Part shown: piece after piece, positions 25,400 through 37,799 of the stretch
How the letters are laid out: every line of letters starts with the position of its first letter
Position numbering within the stretch: the first letter of the stretch is position 1
NCBI RefSeq assembly: GCF_036321535.1
Contig: NC_087437.1
Location: forward strand, 6,448,001 to 6,512,000
DNA length: 64,000 nt
Reading direction: 5' to 3'
Source of the DNA: Camelus dromedarius
Taxonomy: Eukaryota
Position numbers and translations under genes: made by a program
The notes under the pieces: model-generated
Seen by the model: only the letters and a program-made list of their open reading frames with translations
Told to the model about the DNA's origin: nothing
Databases searched by the model: none

Positions 25400-27185
25400 T
25401 CCCATCTCTCTTGCATCCTTCATCTCTATCTGGTGCCTTTACTTCTGCCAGAAGCTTGCTCACTTCTGCTCTAGTCTGCATCAAAACCCTTCTCACCACT
25501 CTGCATCCCGCATAAGCCATTGTCCTATTATTCTCCTCCTCTTTCCCACCAAATCATGAAAGAGCCTCCCAGCCCCACCTCCCCTCCCTCATCACCTGCT
25601 CACTTAACTCTCTAAGATGGGGCCTTAAGGACAACATTCTGAATAATCTCTACCTCTTGCAGGGGAGAAGGGGAAATGTTAGAAAGTAGCACACAGGCGT
25701 CTTCAATCATTTTGATGATGTTCTATTTCTTTAATTACTTTTTTATCTGTGGAATATTTATAATATTTAAAAAATAGCTTCTACCATCACTATTTTACTA
25801 AAACTACCATCGATGATCATCTAGTTGCTAAAACAAGTGGCCTCCCTCCTGCTTCAACTTTCTACAATGTTTGACGCTGTTGACCAAACTGTCCCCATTC
25901 ACTAGAACAGTCTACTCTGACTGTTAGCTCCTCCAGGATGACAGTCACCAAGTACTTTCCTTGTTCCAGGCAGGGATCAGCATGCTTTGCATTTGTTGTC
26001 TCATTCTGTCCTCACAACTATACAGGTCCTGTTGTAACCCTCCTTGATCTCAGTAACCTGTCTCTGCAGACTTCTGGCAGATATAAACCTGTGTTTCCAA
26101 CTTTTCCACACTCAGGGGTCTTACACTTAACTGCTTCCTGGTCTGCAACCCCAGGATGTCCACAAAACACCTAAACTTGAGATGGCCCAAACTATCCTTG
26201 CTCTGACCCCCAGCAAACCTGCTTCTGTTTCTCTCCCAACTCCAGCTCAGTTAGCGGCCCTCTTTTCCTCCTATCCCCTGTGCACGTAACCCAGGCATCA
26301 TCATCTCCTTACGTCTTATCAGTTGTCAAGCCCTGTTCTATCTCCATTATATTTTCCACAATTACTCTTATTTCCCTATTTCCTCAGTGACTTCTCAAAT
26401 GACTTATTACCTCTCATCTGGGCTATTTTAATAGACCACTGAGGAATTGTCTTGACTTGCATCTCTTCTGGTGTCAAATCACTCTAAGAGGGGAGGGTGT
26501 AGCTCAGTGGTAGAGCACATGCTTAGCATGCATGAGGTCCTGGGCTCAATCCCCAGTACCTCCATCAAAACAAGCAAGCAAGCAAACAAACAAACCTAAT
26601 TACCTCCCCCCCCAAAAAATACCTTTAAAAAGAACTTTAAAAAAGTCACCCTGTTTACCGTTGTCTTATTAATCTGGCTCCATTCTGTTCACACATTTGC
26701 ATTGGTGCCTCATCCCCCAGACAAAATCTAAATCCCTGAGCCTGATATGTTAGCCCTTATATCTTCAGGCAAAACCCACCATTGTAGCAAAAAACAATGT
26801 TCACAAACTCCTGTGCTTTTATTGTTATTCTCTGTGCTTGGGGTGTCTTAACCACTCTTCCCTCACCCACCTCCCACCATATCTGTGCTGAGGGTGCCTA
26901 CCTGTCAGTCTCCAGCTTAATGCCCTCCTGCACGAACCCTGCCCCATCCTCCCATCTGGGACAAATCTCTTCCAAAACTGAGAATCAGGAATTCCTTGCT
27001 TTGTCTCCTTTTGGGACCGTTATCACTACAACCTTGTAGAGCTGTAATGTGAGGAACTGTTTTGCCCCTACAGAAACACACCGCTTGAGGGCAGGAACCA
27101 TGTGTTACGGAGATCTTTCACCTTCGTAGCACCCGGCACGGTGCCTGCACATAAAGAATATTCAGTAAATGCTTGCTGAGAGTGG
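25400..27185 (+). mobile_element. Degraded L2 LINE (3' part)
   Basis: L2-like pyrimidine-rich text ending cttgagggcaggaaccatgtg...gcacccggcacggtgcctgcacataaagaatattcagtaaatgcttgctga. Confidence 0.6.
26490..26640 (+). mobile_element. tRNA-derived SINE (Vic-1-like)
   Basis: GGGGAGGGTGTAGCTCAGTGGTAGAGCACATGCTTAGCATGCATGAGGTCCTGGGCTCAATCCCCAGTACCTCCA, then (AAGC/AAAC)n, CCTAATTACCTCCCCC and an A-tail. Confidence 0.92.
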
Positions 27186-29419
27186 AAGTTAGTAACTTTG
27201 CTGACCAGTGAAACACACCCATGTCATTAACTCCATTTCCTTTTTTTACTTTAACTTCATCTAATTTTGCCTACTTCCCTTTGATGCCTCACCAGTAATG
27301 TGCACCAGCCCCTCTGCTGAAGCCTCACTTCCAGTACTTTTCCCTCCTTTTGTAAGAAATGCCAAGCTATTCAGTTGATGTTTACTTGCCCACACATTTC
27401 CTTTTCCAGGAAGGCATTTCTTCAGCACTATTCAGGGAGGTATATTAGTGTGGACTCTTGGTGACAAGTGGCAGAAACTCAGACTAGCTGGAGCCAGAAG
27501 AGGGGCTTTATTTGAAGGACCTTACTGTAGCTAGCGGGACCAGAGGAAGAGTTTCGGGAATGTGCTTGGTTCTGGGGATCTCAGAGTTTGAAACTAGGGA
27601 CACCCTTGCCATAGAGACATTCTTTCCCTCTGGGTCTCTCTCTTGCTTCTGTTACTTTAATCCCAGTTTGTCTTGGCCAGCTTTATTCTAGGCCACCAGA
27701 GACTTGAGACAAGTAGAAAGAAAAAAATCCAGGCAGTGGTAAATTCAGATCACCAGTTTCTAAAACTCAGCACGTGATTTTCTGACCCAGTCTCTTTTCC
27801 CCTGTCTTGGTAATCCACCTGGCCTGCTAGTTTACTTAAGTCAACCTGAGTTAGCTTTTGTCATTTATAATTAAGGGATACCTAACTAATGCAGGTACAT
27901 GGTTAGTTAAGTGACTTTGGAACAATTCACATCCAGTGACTTCAAAATGGCATTGAGTCCTCCGCATCATTGAAATATGTAGACAGAAACTGTGAATCCT
28001 ATTTTAGACCTCCCTCAATTTGGGGGTGATCCTATATGCACGCTCTCAATGTAGGCAGATCTTTCATCTTTAAGAAACTTTCATTTAGGGAGAAATTTAA
28101 GATTCCAATTTCTTTCCCCCAAACTTTCTAAATCCACCGCACTTACCAGGTTCGCAGATTTACAGACTCTCATAATATGCCTTAAAGCTATTCCTTATCT
28201 CTTTCCTCATTATCACTCCTTGTTTTGTATAAATTGCTGTTATGTTGAGTTTCTCTCTCCTTTTTATTAAGGCAGTTATCCATTTACCAGTTTTATCTGA
28301 ATTATCATAGGAAAATTTATTTTCCCTATAAAAATAATTGGCTTTCTTAACTGCAGTTTTATTCAGTAGTGCCGAAATTCATAACAGTTCTCCATAAGGT
28401 TCTTCCTGTGGGGAATTAAACTTCTTTTTATTTAAAATATTTTTGGAGCAGTCTAATTTTCTTTACCTTTGGCATTTCCAAATTCTTACTGAATGACCAT
28501 CCATCCATCTGTTGCTAGCTGCTTCGGAAGTCTCCCATAAGCTATGATGTTATGCAATGCTATGCTAAATTAAAATTTATATATTCTTTGATTTTCTTTT
28601 TAGTGGCTATTAGAAAACTTTTATCTTTGAGTAATGGATTGTTGAATATCCAACATGACATCGTTTTGTCTTTCTCTGTTCATATTATCTGTATTAATAC
28701 ACTTCTACATGATCAGATGAAAGGCAATTCTGCATCTGAATTTCTAATGGGCTCCTAAATACATTGTTTGGTGCACACTCAAATATATGTTCAGCATAAA
28801 GAAAGACTAGTGATTAAAAAAATGTTACCTGTATTCCCATGTTTCAAAATGTTAGTGGAATCTATTGGCAATATCTAAATAATCTGTATTACAGTGACCT
28901 GGTTCATCATACAGATACATGAGAGGGTCAGAATTTATGGGGTTTTCCTTTAAAATACCAATTCTGAACAAGGACAACTTAAATTGATTTCCTTGCTCAA
29001 AGACCACATTATCTTCTGTGTTTATTTTCTTTTAAAAAACTAATCTCAACTATAATAAATCCACACATAATAGGATTATCTTAAAGAGAAATGTAATTAA
29101 ATCAGAAGGGAAAAGGAAATCTGTCTTTCTAGAATGAGAGCATATATATTCTATAATACATTTCCTTCTGGATCAGTGGTCTGTGAAGCCTTGCTCAGAT
29201 TCAGGGTGATTTCCTGAGTGTCCTGTGAACTAATGCCCCATGGTGGTAATGTCTACACTAGGGCAACATCTGTATCTGATCTCTGGCGTAAATTGTCATT
29301 CATTCCTTGTTCTTATCAAAAGTGACTTCACATTTCCTTTTATTTCAGTAACATTTATCTGACCGTGTAAATTGGGAGAAGATAGTAAATAACATAGTTG
29401 GTTTCATGGATTTTTTTAA

Positions 29420-30650
29420 AAAAATATGTTTATTGCAGTAAAACATATATAACATAAAATCTACCACTTTAACCATTTTTACATTAACTATGTGGCATTA
29501 ATTACATTCACAGTGTTGTACTACCATCACTACTATCTGTTTCCAAAATTTTCTTATCACCCTGAACACAAATTCTGTACCAAGTAAGCAATAACTCTCC
29601 CATCCTCCCTCTTCTCAGCCCCTGGTAACCTCTAACTTTCTCTCTCTATGAACTTGTCTATTTTAGATACTTCATGTAAGTGGAATCATACAATATCTTC
29701 CCTTTTGTGTCTAGCTTATTTTATTTAGCATAATGTTGCCAAGTTTCGTCCATGTGGTAGCATGTATCAGAATTCCCTTTTATGACTGAATAATATTCCA
29801 TTGTGTGGATATACTACATTTTGCTTATCCATTCATCTGTCAGTGGATAGTTTGGTTCCACATTATGGCTATTGTAAATAATGCTGCAGTGAACACTGGC
29901 ACACACAAGTATCTACTTGAGTCCTTGTTTTCAATTCTTTTGGGGCATATACTTAGACATTGACTTGTTGGGTCATATGGTAATTTTGTACTTAGCTTTT
30001 TGAGGATCCATTACACTAGTAGTTTTTCGCAGTAACTGCACCATTTTACATTTCCACTTGCAGTGCACGAGGGTCCAATTTCTCTGCATCCTTACGAACA
30101 AGTTGTTATTTTCTGTTGTTTGTTCATTCGTTTATTCATTTATTAATAACCATCCTAATAAGTCTGAAGTGGTATCTCACTGTGGTTTTGATTTATGTTT
30201 CCCTAGTGACTAATGATGTAAAGCATCTTTTCATGTATTTATTGGCCATTCGTATATCTTCTTTGGAGAGATACTCATTCAAGTCCTTTGTCCATTTTTA
30301 AATTGGGTTATTTATCTTTTTGATGCTGAGTTGTAGAAGTTCTGTATTTATTTTGGATATTAAACCCTTATCAGATATGTGATTTCCAAATATTTTCTCT
30401 CATTCTGTAAGTTGTCTTTTCACTCTCTTGATAATGTCCTTTGATGCAAAAAATGTTTTAATTTTAATTAAGTCCAGTTTATCTATTTTGTTGTTGTCAC
30501 CTGTGTTCTCCATGACTTCTGATGTCTGAGAAGTCATTCTCAAATCTAAAATCTTGATGATTTGTCCCATGTTTTCTTCTTCTATGAGTTACATGGTTTT
30601 AGTTCTTAAAGTCTTTTGTATTGATTTCTATATATGGTGTAAGGGGTTAC
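29420..30650 (-). mobile_element. L1 3' portion (L1MA/L1MB-like)
   Basis: Typical L1 reverse-complement 3'UTR and ORF2 end (ccatcctaataagtctgaagtggtatctcactgtggttttgattt...). Confidence 0.85.
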
Positions 30651-30699
30651 ATTAATTTTTTAAACTAATAAAGAGTAGATTTAAACAGCATTTCTGAAA

Positions 30700-31482
30700 G
30701 AGAACTCTTGTGCACTGTTAGTGGGAATGTAAATTGGTACAGCCCATATGGAAAACAGTATGATGGTTCCTGAAAAAATTAAAAATAGAATTAACTACCG
30801 TATGATCCAGCAATCCCACTTCTGGGTATATATCTAGAGTAAGTGAAATCACTATGTCAAAGAGGTATCTACACTTCCGTGTTCATTGCAGCATTATTCA
30901 CATAGCCAAGGCATGGAAACAAGCTAAGTCCATCAACAGATAAATGGATTAAGAAGAGGTGGTGCATCATTCAGCCACAAAAAAAAAAAAAGAAGGAAAT
31001 TCTGCCTTATGGGTGGGCCTTGAGGGCATTATGCTAAGTGAGATAAGTCAAAGAGAGAAAAGCAAGTACTGCATCCTATCTTGTATAGGTGGAATCTAAA
31101 AAAGCTGAATTCACAGAAACAGAGTGGAATGATGGCTACCAGGGGATGGGAGGTGAGGAAAATGGAAGGATGTTAGTCAAAGCGTACAAACTTCCAGTGA
31201 GAAGACGAATAAGTTCTGGGGATCTAATGTACCCTGTGGTGATTATGGTTAACAATGCATAGTTGTAGCCAACTATTATATACTTGAAAGTTGCTAAAAG
31301 AGCACAACTTAAATGTTCTCACCACCCAGAAAAACAAATGGTAACTATGTGAGGTAACAGAGATGTTAATTAGCCTTTTTGGTAATCATTTCACAATATA
31401 CACATGTACCAAATCATCACATTGTACACCTTAAACTTACACAATATTGAGTGCCAATTATATCTCAATAAAGCTGGAAAAA
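30700..31482 (+). mobile_element. L1 3' portion (L1MA-like)
   Basis: gaactcttgtgcactgttagtgggaatgtaaattggtacagcc...ttatatctcaataaagctggaaaa. Confidence 0.88.
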
Positions 31483-32297
31483 TGTTTTTGAGAATCCTTT
31501 CTATAATCAGGTAAATATCTCCACAGTATATAGATTTTCAAAAATCTGGTTGATTTGTGGTTTCCATCTACAAAATGGGTTCTTGAATACATACTGTATT
31601 CATTGACTGTCTTCAAAGGCAAACAAGAAAAATCTCTCCAAACTTTTTCCTCCCCAGCTATCTCCAGGAGATACTTTTAAACACAAAAGATACTTTTAAA
31701 AGCCACTCTCATTGTGTCATAGTCTTCTATCACGTGAGCTGTGGCCAGTGTGAATCTTTAAAGTGAGAATTGCTGCTTCTGACTGAGGCATTCAAACATA
31801 AGCTGTTATTTTGGAGGAAGAGTGCAAGGGAGAAAGGCTGGTCTTATGTCACTGTGCAAGCTGTCTGGCTGAGCTGCTTTGGCGAGGTTCCTGCTTCTCA
31901 TCCCCTAAACTTCATCCTTTGGCTTGTCTGGAAACCAAACATTAGACACTTTTTTCTTTCATTAAAATATTAACAACCCTGAGTAGAGATCAATTTTTAA
32001 AATATGACACCATAGAGTTATTAAAATTGTTTTAATAATTAAGTCATTTTCATGGTGTCACTCTAAGAAAAGTTTTTTCTACCTTTTAAAAAGCCAATCA
32101 ATACGCTCAGGAATTATTGATAATCGTCTGGCAAGGGGAAACTAGATCATGCACCCCAAATCTCTAGCCACCCGATCTCATCTAACCTTCTCTCAGTAAA
32201 ACCACTGTCATGACCATTTCTGGTTTTGTATTTTGCTTCGCATTCTCAGTAGGAAAGGTGAGGCAGGGTTGGGATGTTTCAGAGAAAGTTTATTAAA

Positions 32298-32715
32298 GCA
32301 ATGACTCTTGATCCTGGCTGCACATGGGAGTCACCTAGAGTGTTTAAAAAAAATACATACACACACATATGAGTGTGTGTGTATATATATAACCATTTGA
32401 TTAATCTGATTAAATATATGTAATCATATATACTGATCGTATATATGTTTGTTGATTTTTTATATATGCACACATATATACACTGGTTTTATATATATGT
32501 GTGTATATATATATGCAAACACAATGCATATTTAGAGATCATATATATGTATGTGTAAATATAAAATCAGCAGATATATAGATAGATACTGAATATATCA
32601 CTCTCGGGTCCTACCCTCAGAGATTCTGATTAAATTCATTTGGTTGGGGCTCAGAGGGGAGGTAATTTTAAAAGCTCCCCAGGTGATGCTTTGTACAGCC
32701 AGGGCTGAGAACCAT
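32298..32715. mobile_element. MER5-type element with a TA-rich insert
   Basis: ctggctgcacatgggagtcacctagagtgtttaaaaaa...cctaccctcagagattctgattaaatt...aaagctccccaggtgatg...ccagggctgagaacca. Confidence 0.7.
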
Positions 32716-34844
32716 CATGCCAAATAAAAGATAACAAACGGGAATAAATAGTAATAACAAATATAGGTACTGTGAAGCCAGATACCCGGTTTCAGAAACA
32801 TGGCCAGCTCTTTGAGACGTTCAGTGCCCCCCCTTTAAGTGTGATTTCCTCTAATCCTTCCTCCAGGGGCAATAATGAGTCTCGCATATCCCACGAAGGA
32901 GCCCATCCTTCGGTTAGGTCTGGGACAGGAGAGCTAGATTCACCTGCAAATGTCCACTTTCCTATCTGAGGACCTGCCTTTTCCCTAATGGTTGATATTG
33001 GAATATTTGCCCCCTTCCATGGAGAACCAGTCAGATCTAACTCTCACTGCATTTTACTTAAAGGAGTCATTGTTCTGTTCTAAGCCATTGTTCTGTTCAG
33101 TTGGGTTTTACCATCCTATAAAATTTGACACTGTCAGGACTGAGTATTCCGCTGTAGGAGAATCTCACTAGCATGGTATTCACTGCACTGGTCTCCTTTC
33201 CACCTAAATCCTTTCACTTAGACGATCAGATTTTTAAAGCAGTGCTCTTCACCATATGGCTTGAAGCTGACCACCTCCAAGTTTTTTTTCACAGGATAGG
33301 GGATTCAGTTTATTGTAAAAGGGACAGATTTACCTCCTCAAAAGTTTTCCTGACAGTCCTAGGCAGCTGAAGGCCACAGGGGAACTTGACCCCTCTCTCT
33401 ACCCTCTGGAAGCCTGTCATAGGGGACTTCATTACAGACCCTCTATGGCTGGAACTTATGTTTTACTGGTCATTTATAAGGATGAGCATTTGCCTTTTCT
33501 GATAAAAAAGTGGAAGTTCTTTGAACCAGTTATAATTAGGTTACCATTGATGTGAAAACCACATGTAATTCAGCATTTTCCCCCTTTATTTCTAGTTGAG
33601 GACTCAAAGGCCAAGAGAGGTTAAATTACTTCTCTGGGGTCACAGTGCAAGACCGTAGACGATAACCACCCTTCAGTGGGCATGGCTTTGTGCCAGTCAC
33701 TCAGCTCCGTGCTTTAAGTAGCATGTCTCCCTGGGGGGTCATGTGATGACTCACGTGGCATCAGATGGGCAGGGAACTGGTAGTTGCTTTATGTCTCAAC
33801 ACCTGCTTTGACTTTTCTCATGGTGCCCCAGCCCTTGGACAGCTGTGGCCACACCCACTCACCAATAACTACTTCAGTCTTTTTCTTTTTTTTTTTTTTT
33901 CATGACTAATGGACGTTTACTTAAGGATTAGACTACGTATATGTCTGCACACATGCACATTGGCACACACACTTGCGTGTAGGTACCAGTGAGAAAATAT
34001 TCTGGAAGGACCATGACTATAAGAATATTCCATGGTAAGAGATGGAAGAAAAATTTAGAGAGCCATATGCATCTCTTTCATCTGTCTCTTGCTATGTAAC
34101 AAGCCAGCCCCAAACTTAGTGGCTTAAAATGAGAAGTGTTTATTAACTCTTAAGGGTTTTAGGTTGACTTGAATCAGCTGTGTATCTTTCTGCTTCATAT
34201 GATATTGAACTGTGTTCAATTGGAGGCTTGATTGGGGCTGAGATATTCAAGACAGCTGAACGACATGGCTAGTAGTTGTTACTGGCTATAGGCTGGGGAC
34301 TGGACTAGGGCTGGACAGCGTCCCTTTCCTCCTTTCTTTTCAGTCTTTTTCAGTTTCAGTCTATTTTAGTTTCAGTCCTCTGATTTGAGTCATTCCGGAG
34401 AGTCAAAGGGAAACCTCTGATTATAGTTCTTTCAGGTAAAAGCTTAGCCTCTTGAATTTCCTTTCTCTCCTCCTCTCTCAAAACTGGCTTCTGGGTGTTT
34501 GGGGGAGGGCAAAAAAATGGGGTCCTTGTATCCACACTGTCTTAGGTTGGGTTTTCCAGAAGTAGACCTTGAGATGAGGATTCTTTAAAGAAATGCTCCC
34601 AAGTAGTGCCTGGGTGGGAGTCCTCAGGGGCTTCTAGAGTGCCGCTAACAGAAAAGTCCTTTATCTTGATCTAGGTAGATGTTTCACTGGTGCATTCATC
34701 ATTAGAAAATGTATCAAGTTGCATGCATATTAGTGCACATTTATGTATGTACACTGCATCTAAAAATTCCAAGGGGTGGGGAGGGATAAATTAGGAATTT
34801 GGGATTAACAGATACACATTACTATGTGTAAAATAGATAAACAA

Positions 34845-34963
34845 GGGGAGAGTATAGCTCAGTGGTAGAGTGTGTGCTTAGCATGCACAAGGTCCTGGGT
34901 TCAATCCCCAGTCCCTCCATTAAAAATAAATAAATTTAAATACCTCCCCCCAACAAAAAAATA
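34845..34963 (+). mobile_element. tRNA-derived SINE (Vic-1-like) inside an L1 3'UTR fragment
   Basis: GGGGAGAGTATAGCTCAGTGGTAGAG...GGTTCAATCCCCAGTCCCTCCA; TSD AGATAAACAA at 34835-34844 and 34964-34973. Confidence 0.92.
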
Positions 34964-35084
34964 AGATAAACAACAGGGGCCTAAAATAAGACAAAAAGAA
35001 AAAATTCCACCTACATACTTTTTCTGGACATAAATATAGGAACAACCAATTTTTTTGCTACGATGATATGTTTAAAAAATAATA

Positions 35085-35585
35085 GCTTTATTGACATATA
35101 ATTCATGTACCATAAAATTTACTCTTAAATAGTACACTTTAGTGGTTTTCAGTATATTTAGAGAGTTGTTTAACCGTTACCATTATTTAATCACATAACA
35201 GTTTCATTACCCCCAAAAGAAACCCTATACCATTGGCAGTCATTCCCCAGTCCCTCCTCCTTGATCCTGGTAGCCACTAACCTACTTTCTATCTCTGTGG
35301 ATTTGTCTGTTTTTGACATTTCATATAAATAAAGTCATACAACATATGGTCGTTTGTGACAGATCATTTTCACTTAGGAGGTTTTCAAGGTTCATCCATG
35401 TTGCAGCTATACCAGTACATCATTTGTTTCTATTGCCAAATAATATTCCATTGTATGGATACACTTTTGTTTATCAACAGCATCAGTTGATGGACATTTG
35501 GGTTGTTTCTGTTTTTTGGTTATTGTAAATAATGCTGCTGTGAACATTCGTGCACAGGCTTTTATGTGGACATACGTTCTTAGAT
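35085..35585 (-). mobile_element. L1 3' end (L1MB-like)
   Basis: agctttattgacatataattcatgtaccataaaatttactc...aataatgctgctgtgaacattcgtgcacaggcttttatgtggacata. Confidence 0.85.
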
Positions 35586-36414
35586 CTATTCATATTTAAC
35601 CAAATAGAAACTTAAACACTTGCGCATTATACAACTGTCTTCCAACGTATCTTCTAGCTCAAAGAAGAAATCAATACAGTAATAGAATATTTAGAACTAC
35701 ACGGCCATTATATAATACTCACATTGTAGGAAAACTCAGTGTTACATCAAAACTGCACTCAGAGGAAATTTCATAGACATAAATGTTATCACACTGAAAA
35801 GAAGACATATAAATGAATTAAGTATCCACCTCAGGAAACTCAAAAAGAACAAGAGGGAACAGCAAAGAGGGGGAGCCAGTAAGAGAACAGGCGGAGGAGG
35901 CAGCTGAGTAATGGTGCAACTTCAGGCAGAGGCAGGTGGATGGTAGCTTCAACCTGGTCATGCAGGGGACCTCTCTCATCTTAAGTTATTTCCCAAAGTA
36001 GTCCCCACCTGAGGACTTAGGGTGAAGAGACTGGGCTTCCTTCTTCCCTTCACAGCCCCCTCCCTCATCAGTCATTGCCTAAGCTCCACTCCCAGGATGC
36101 TTCTAGCTCTAGGTGGCAGGTGATAAAACTGCTCCAGTACCCTGAAGGACACCTCCAAAGAAGAGTTTCAAGCGCAGGCATTAGAGGCAAAAGCACATTG
36201 GAAGGCGGGGAGGGGGCTCGTATACAGAGAACCTGTTAAGGGATCCAAGGGGATCTGGGCAGAGCCTCGACAGTGTCCACCTCATGGTGTCTTCTGGCTC
36301 CCTTGGTCTTTGTAGCATTGTCCTTTGTCTACATGGACATATTTTACCATGTAGGCCAAGAGAACAGACTGAATTACATAAGTTGCTAGAGGTGGCAACT
36401 TGCATAACTGAGGG

Positions 36415-37456
36415 TGTTACCGGAGTTCAGCTCAGGAAGTAATTCAGGAGCAAGCATAGTAAAGTGAAGGCGAGTTTGTTTAGAGAGACACACATTCCAT
36501 AGACAGAATGTGGTCCATCTCGGAAGGGAGAGTGACCCCGGGGTACAGGGGAGGTTAGTATTTATGGGCTGGGTAATTTCATAGGCTAACAAATGGGAGG
36601 ATTATTCCAACTGTTTTGGGGAAGGGGTGGAGGTTCCTAGAATTGGGCTCCTGCCCACTTTTTGGCCTTTTATGGTCAGCCTGGGAACTGTCCTGGTGAC
36701 TGTGGTTGTGTCATTTAGCAGCTAATGTATTGCAATGAGTGTATAATGAGGCTACTGGAAGTCGAGTCTTCCACCATCTTAGACCTACTTGGTTCTAACC
36801 AGTTTATATCATATTGTTGCCAAAAGATCGGTCCCTGTCCCTGACGAGCCGAATAACTCAGAGGCTGGGTCTTGGAGCTTGGAAGAAAAGAGGCAGCTTT
36901 GTTGCTTTGCCGGGCAAAGGGGACTCAGATCAGACTGGTGCCTTCAACACTGTGAGCCCACCTTGGGGATGGGGTGGGGCGGTTCTACAGCCAGAGCTCA
37001 ATCAATAAAGCATCAGTAACATACAACAATCATTTTCTCATCAGAAGACTTAGAGTGTCGTCATGATGCCTCCAGGCGACCAATTCTATACAGATTAGCT
37101 TTTGTCACTTTATCTCTTTATCTTGTAAGTGCCGAAGGTGTGGTCTTCTTGGTATTTAGCATACTTTGTGAGGTTACAGTTCTGTGACCTTCTCCCTGGA
37201 GAACAACTCAGAAACTGAGTATGATTATTAGTTTTGATTACTGGAATAAAGCAGAGACAGTAGAATTTATAGCTTTATTTTAACAACAGGCCTGGAGCTG
37301 TGAGTAGCAACTGGTCTGTCAGGTCAGTTGACCGTTCTAAGGGCAAGCATAAGAATAAGCAATCTGTTAGCCTAAGTGTGGCCATTTTATTAATCCTCTT
37401 TCAATATCCTGTCATTCTTTTAATGGTTGTGTCCTGCCCCCTTCCCTCCTGTCTCA
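36415..37456 (-). mobile_element. ERV1-type solo LTR, host of a nested LTR
   Basis: TG...CA termini, TSD AGGG (36411-36414 and 37457-37460); same family as 2515-3211. Confidence 0.85.
36815..37403 (-). mobile_element. ERV1-type solo LTR nested in another LTR
   Basis: TGTTGCC...TTTCA with TSD ATAT (36811-36814 and 37404-37407); orientation is inferred. Confidence 0.8.
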
Positions 37457-37489
37457 AGGGTACAATTTCCCTGCTTGGCCAGGTCCTGG

Positions 37490-37799
37490 TGTTGCCGAGC
37501 CCAAACTTGTTCTGCTCGCCCCACGACAGGCCAATAAATCAGGAAACGAAGTGTTGGGGCAAAGAGTAGAGACTTTATTCAGAAAGCCGGCAGACTGAGA
37601 GGATGGCAGACTAGTGTCTTGAAGAACCATCCTGCTCTAGTCAGAATGCAGGCTCCTTCTATACAAAAAATAAGGGAGGGGGTGTCGTTGATTGTTATCT
37701 TCTTGCTGCAGGCATTCTTTGTTCTTGCAGCCATCCCCGAGGGCTAGGTCATGGTGTCTCTGTAAACCTCCAACAAAACAAAGGTTATTCTCTACGACA
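37490..37799 (-). mobile_element. Short ERV1-type solo LTR, copy A
   Basis: TG...CA termini, TSD CTGG (37486-37489 and 37800-37803). Confidence 0.88.

Larger units (their letters stand above)
23890..31750 (-). mobile_element. Ancient, highly decayed L1-clade ORF2 (APE endonuclease plus RT), split by younger repeats
   Basis: Colinear minus-strand motifs found by manual translation: VCIQE(T)H ~31590, NIYAL ~29145, SSDH ~28713, WIFNNPLLKDKSF ~28650, LWET ~28535, DKTGKW..FKAYYESL 28325-28160, FLKMKDLPTL ~28060, GKSTGSE ~27335, DPT..KTLAE ~24990, PAFDSIK*..EFG ~24550, RVTQNG ~24390, KYLG ~23950. Confidence 0.75.

Noticed and set aside
26490..26563. tRNA-Ala-like sequence (also 9866-9940, 14965-15039, 34845-34919) as tRNA genes
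   Set aside because: Copies are mutually diverged, share a non-tRNA tail, A-tails and TSDs, and so are SINEs.
28147..28325. Exon-like segment on the minus strand (TTTTATAG|...CCTG|GTAAGT)
   Set aside because: The frame translates as L1-type ORF2 and has a stop before the donor; the splice-like motifs are probably chance, though exonisation is not excluded without RNA data.
29420..31482. Opposite-strand L1 pair as a twin-primed inversion
   Set aside because: Each has its own 3' end and they cover overlapping L1 regions with different 3'UTRs, so they are two insertions.
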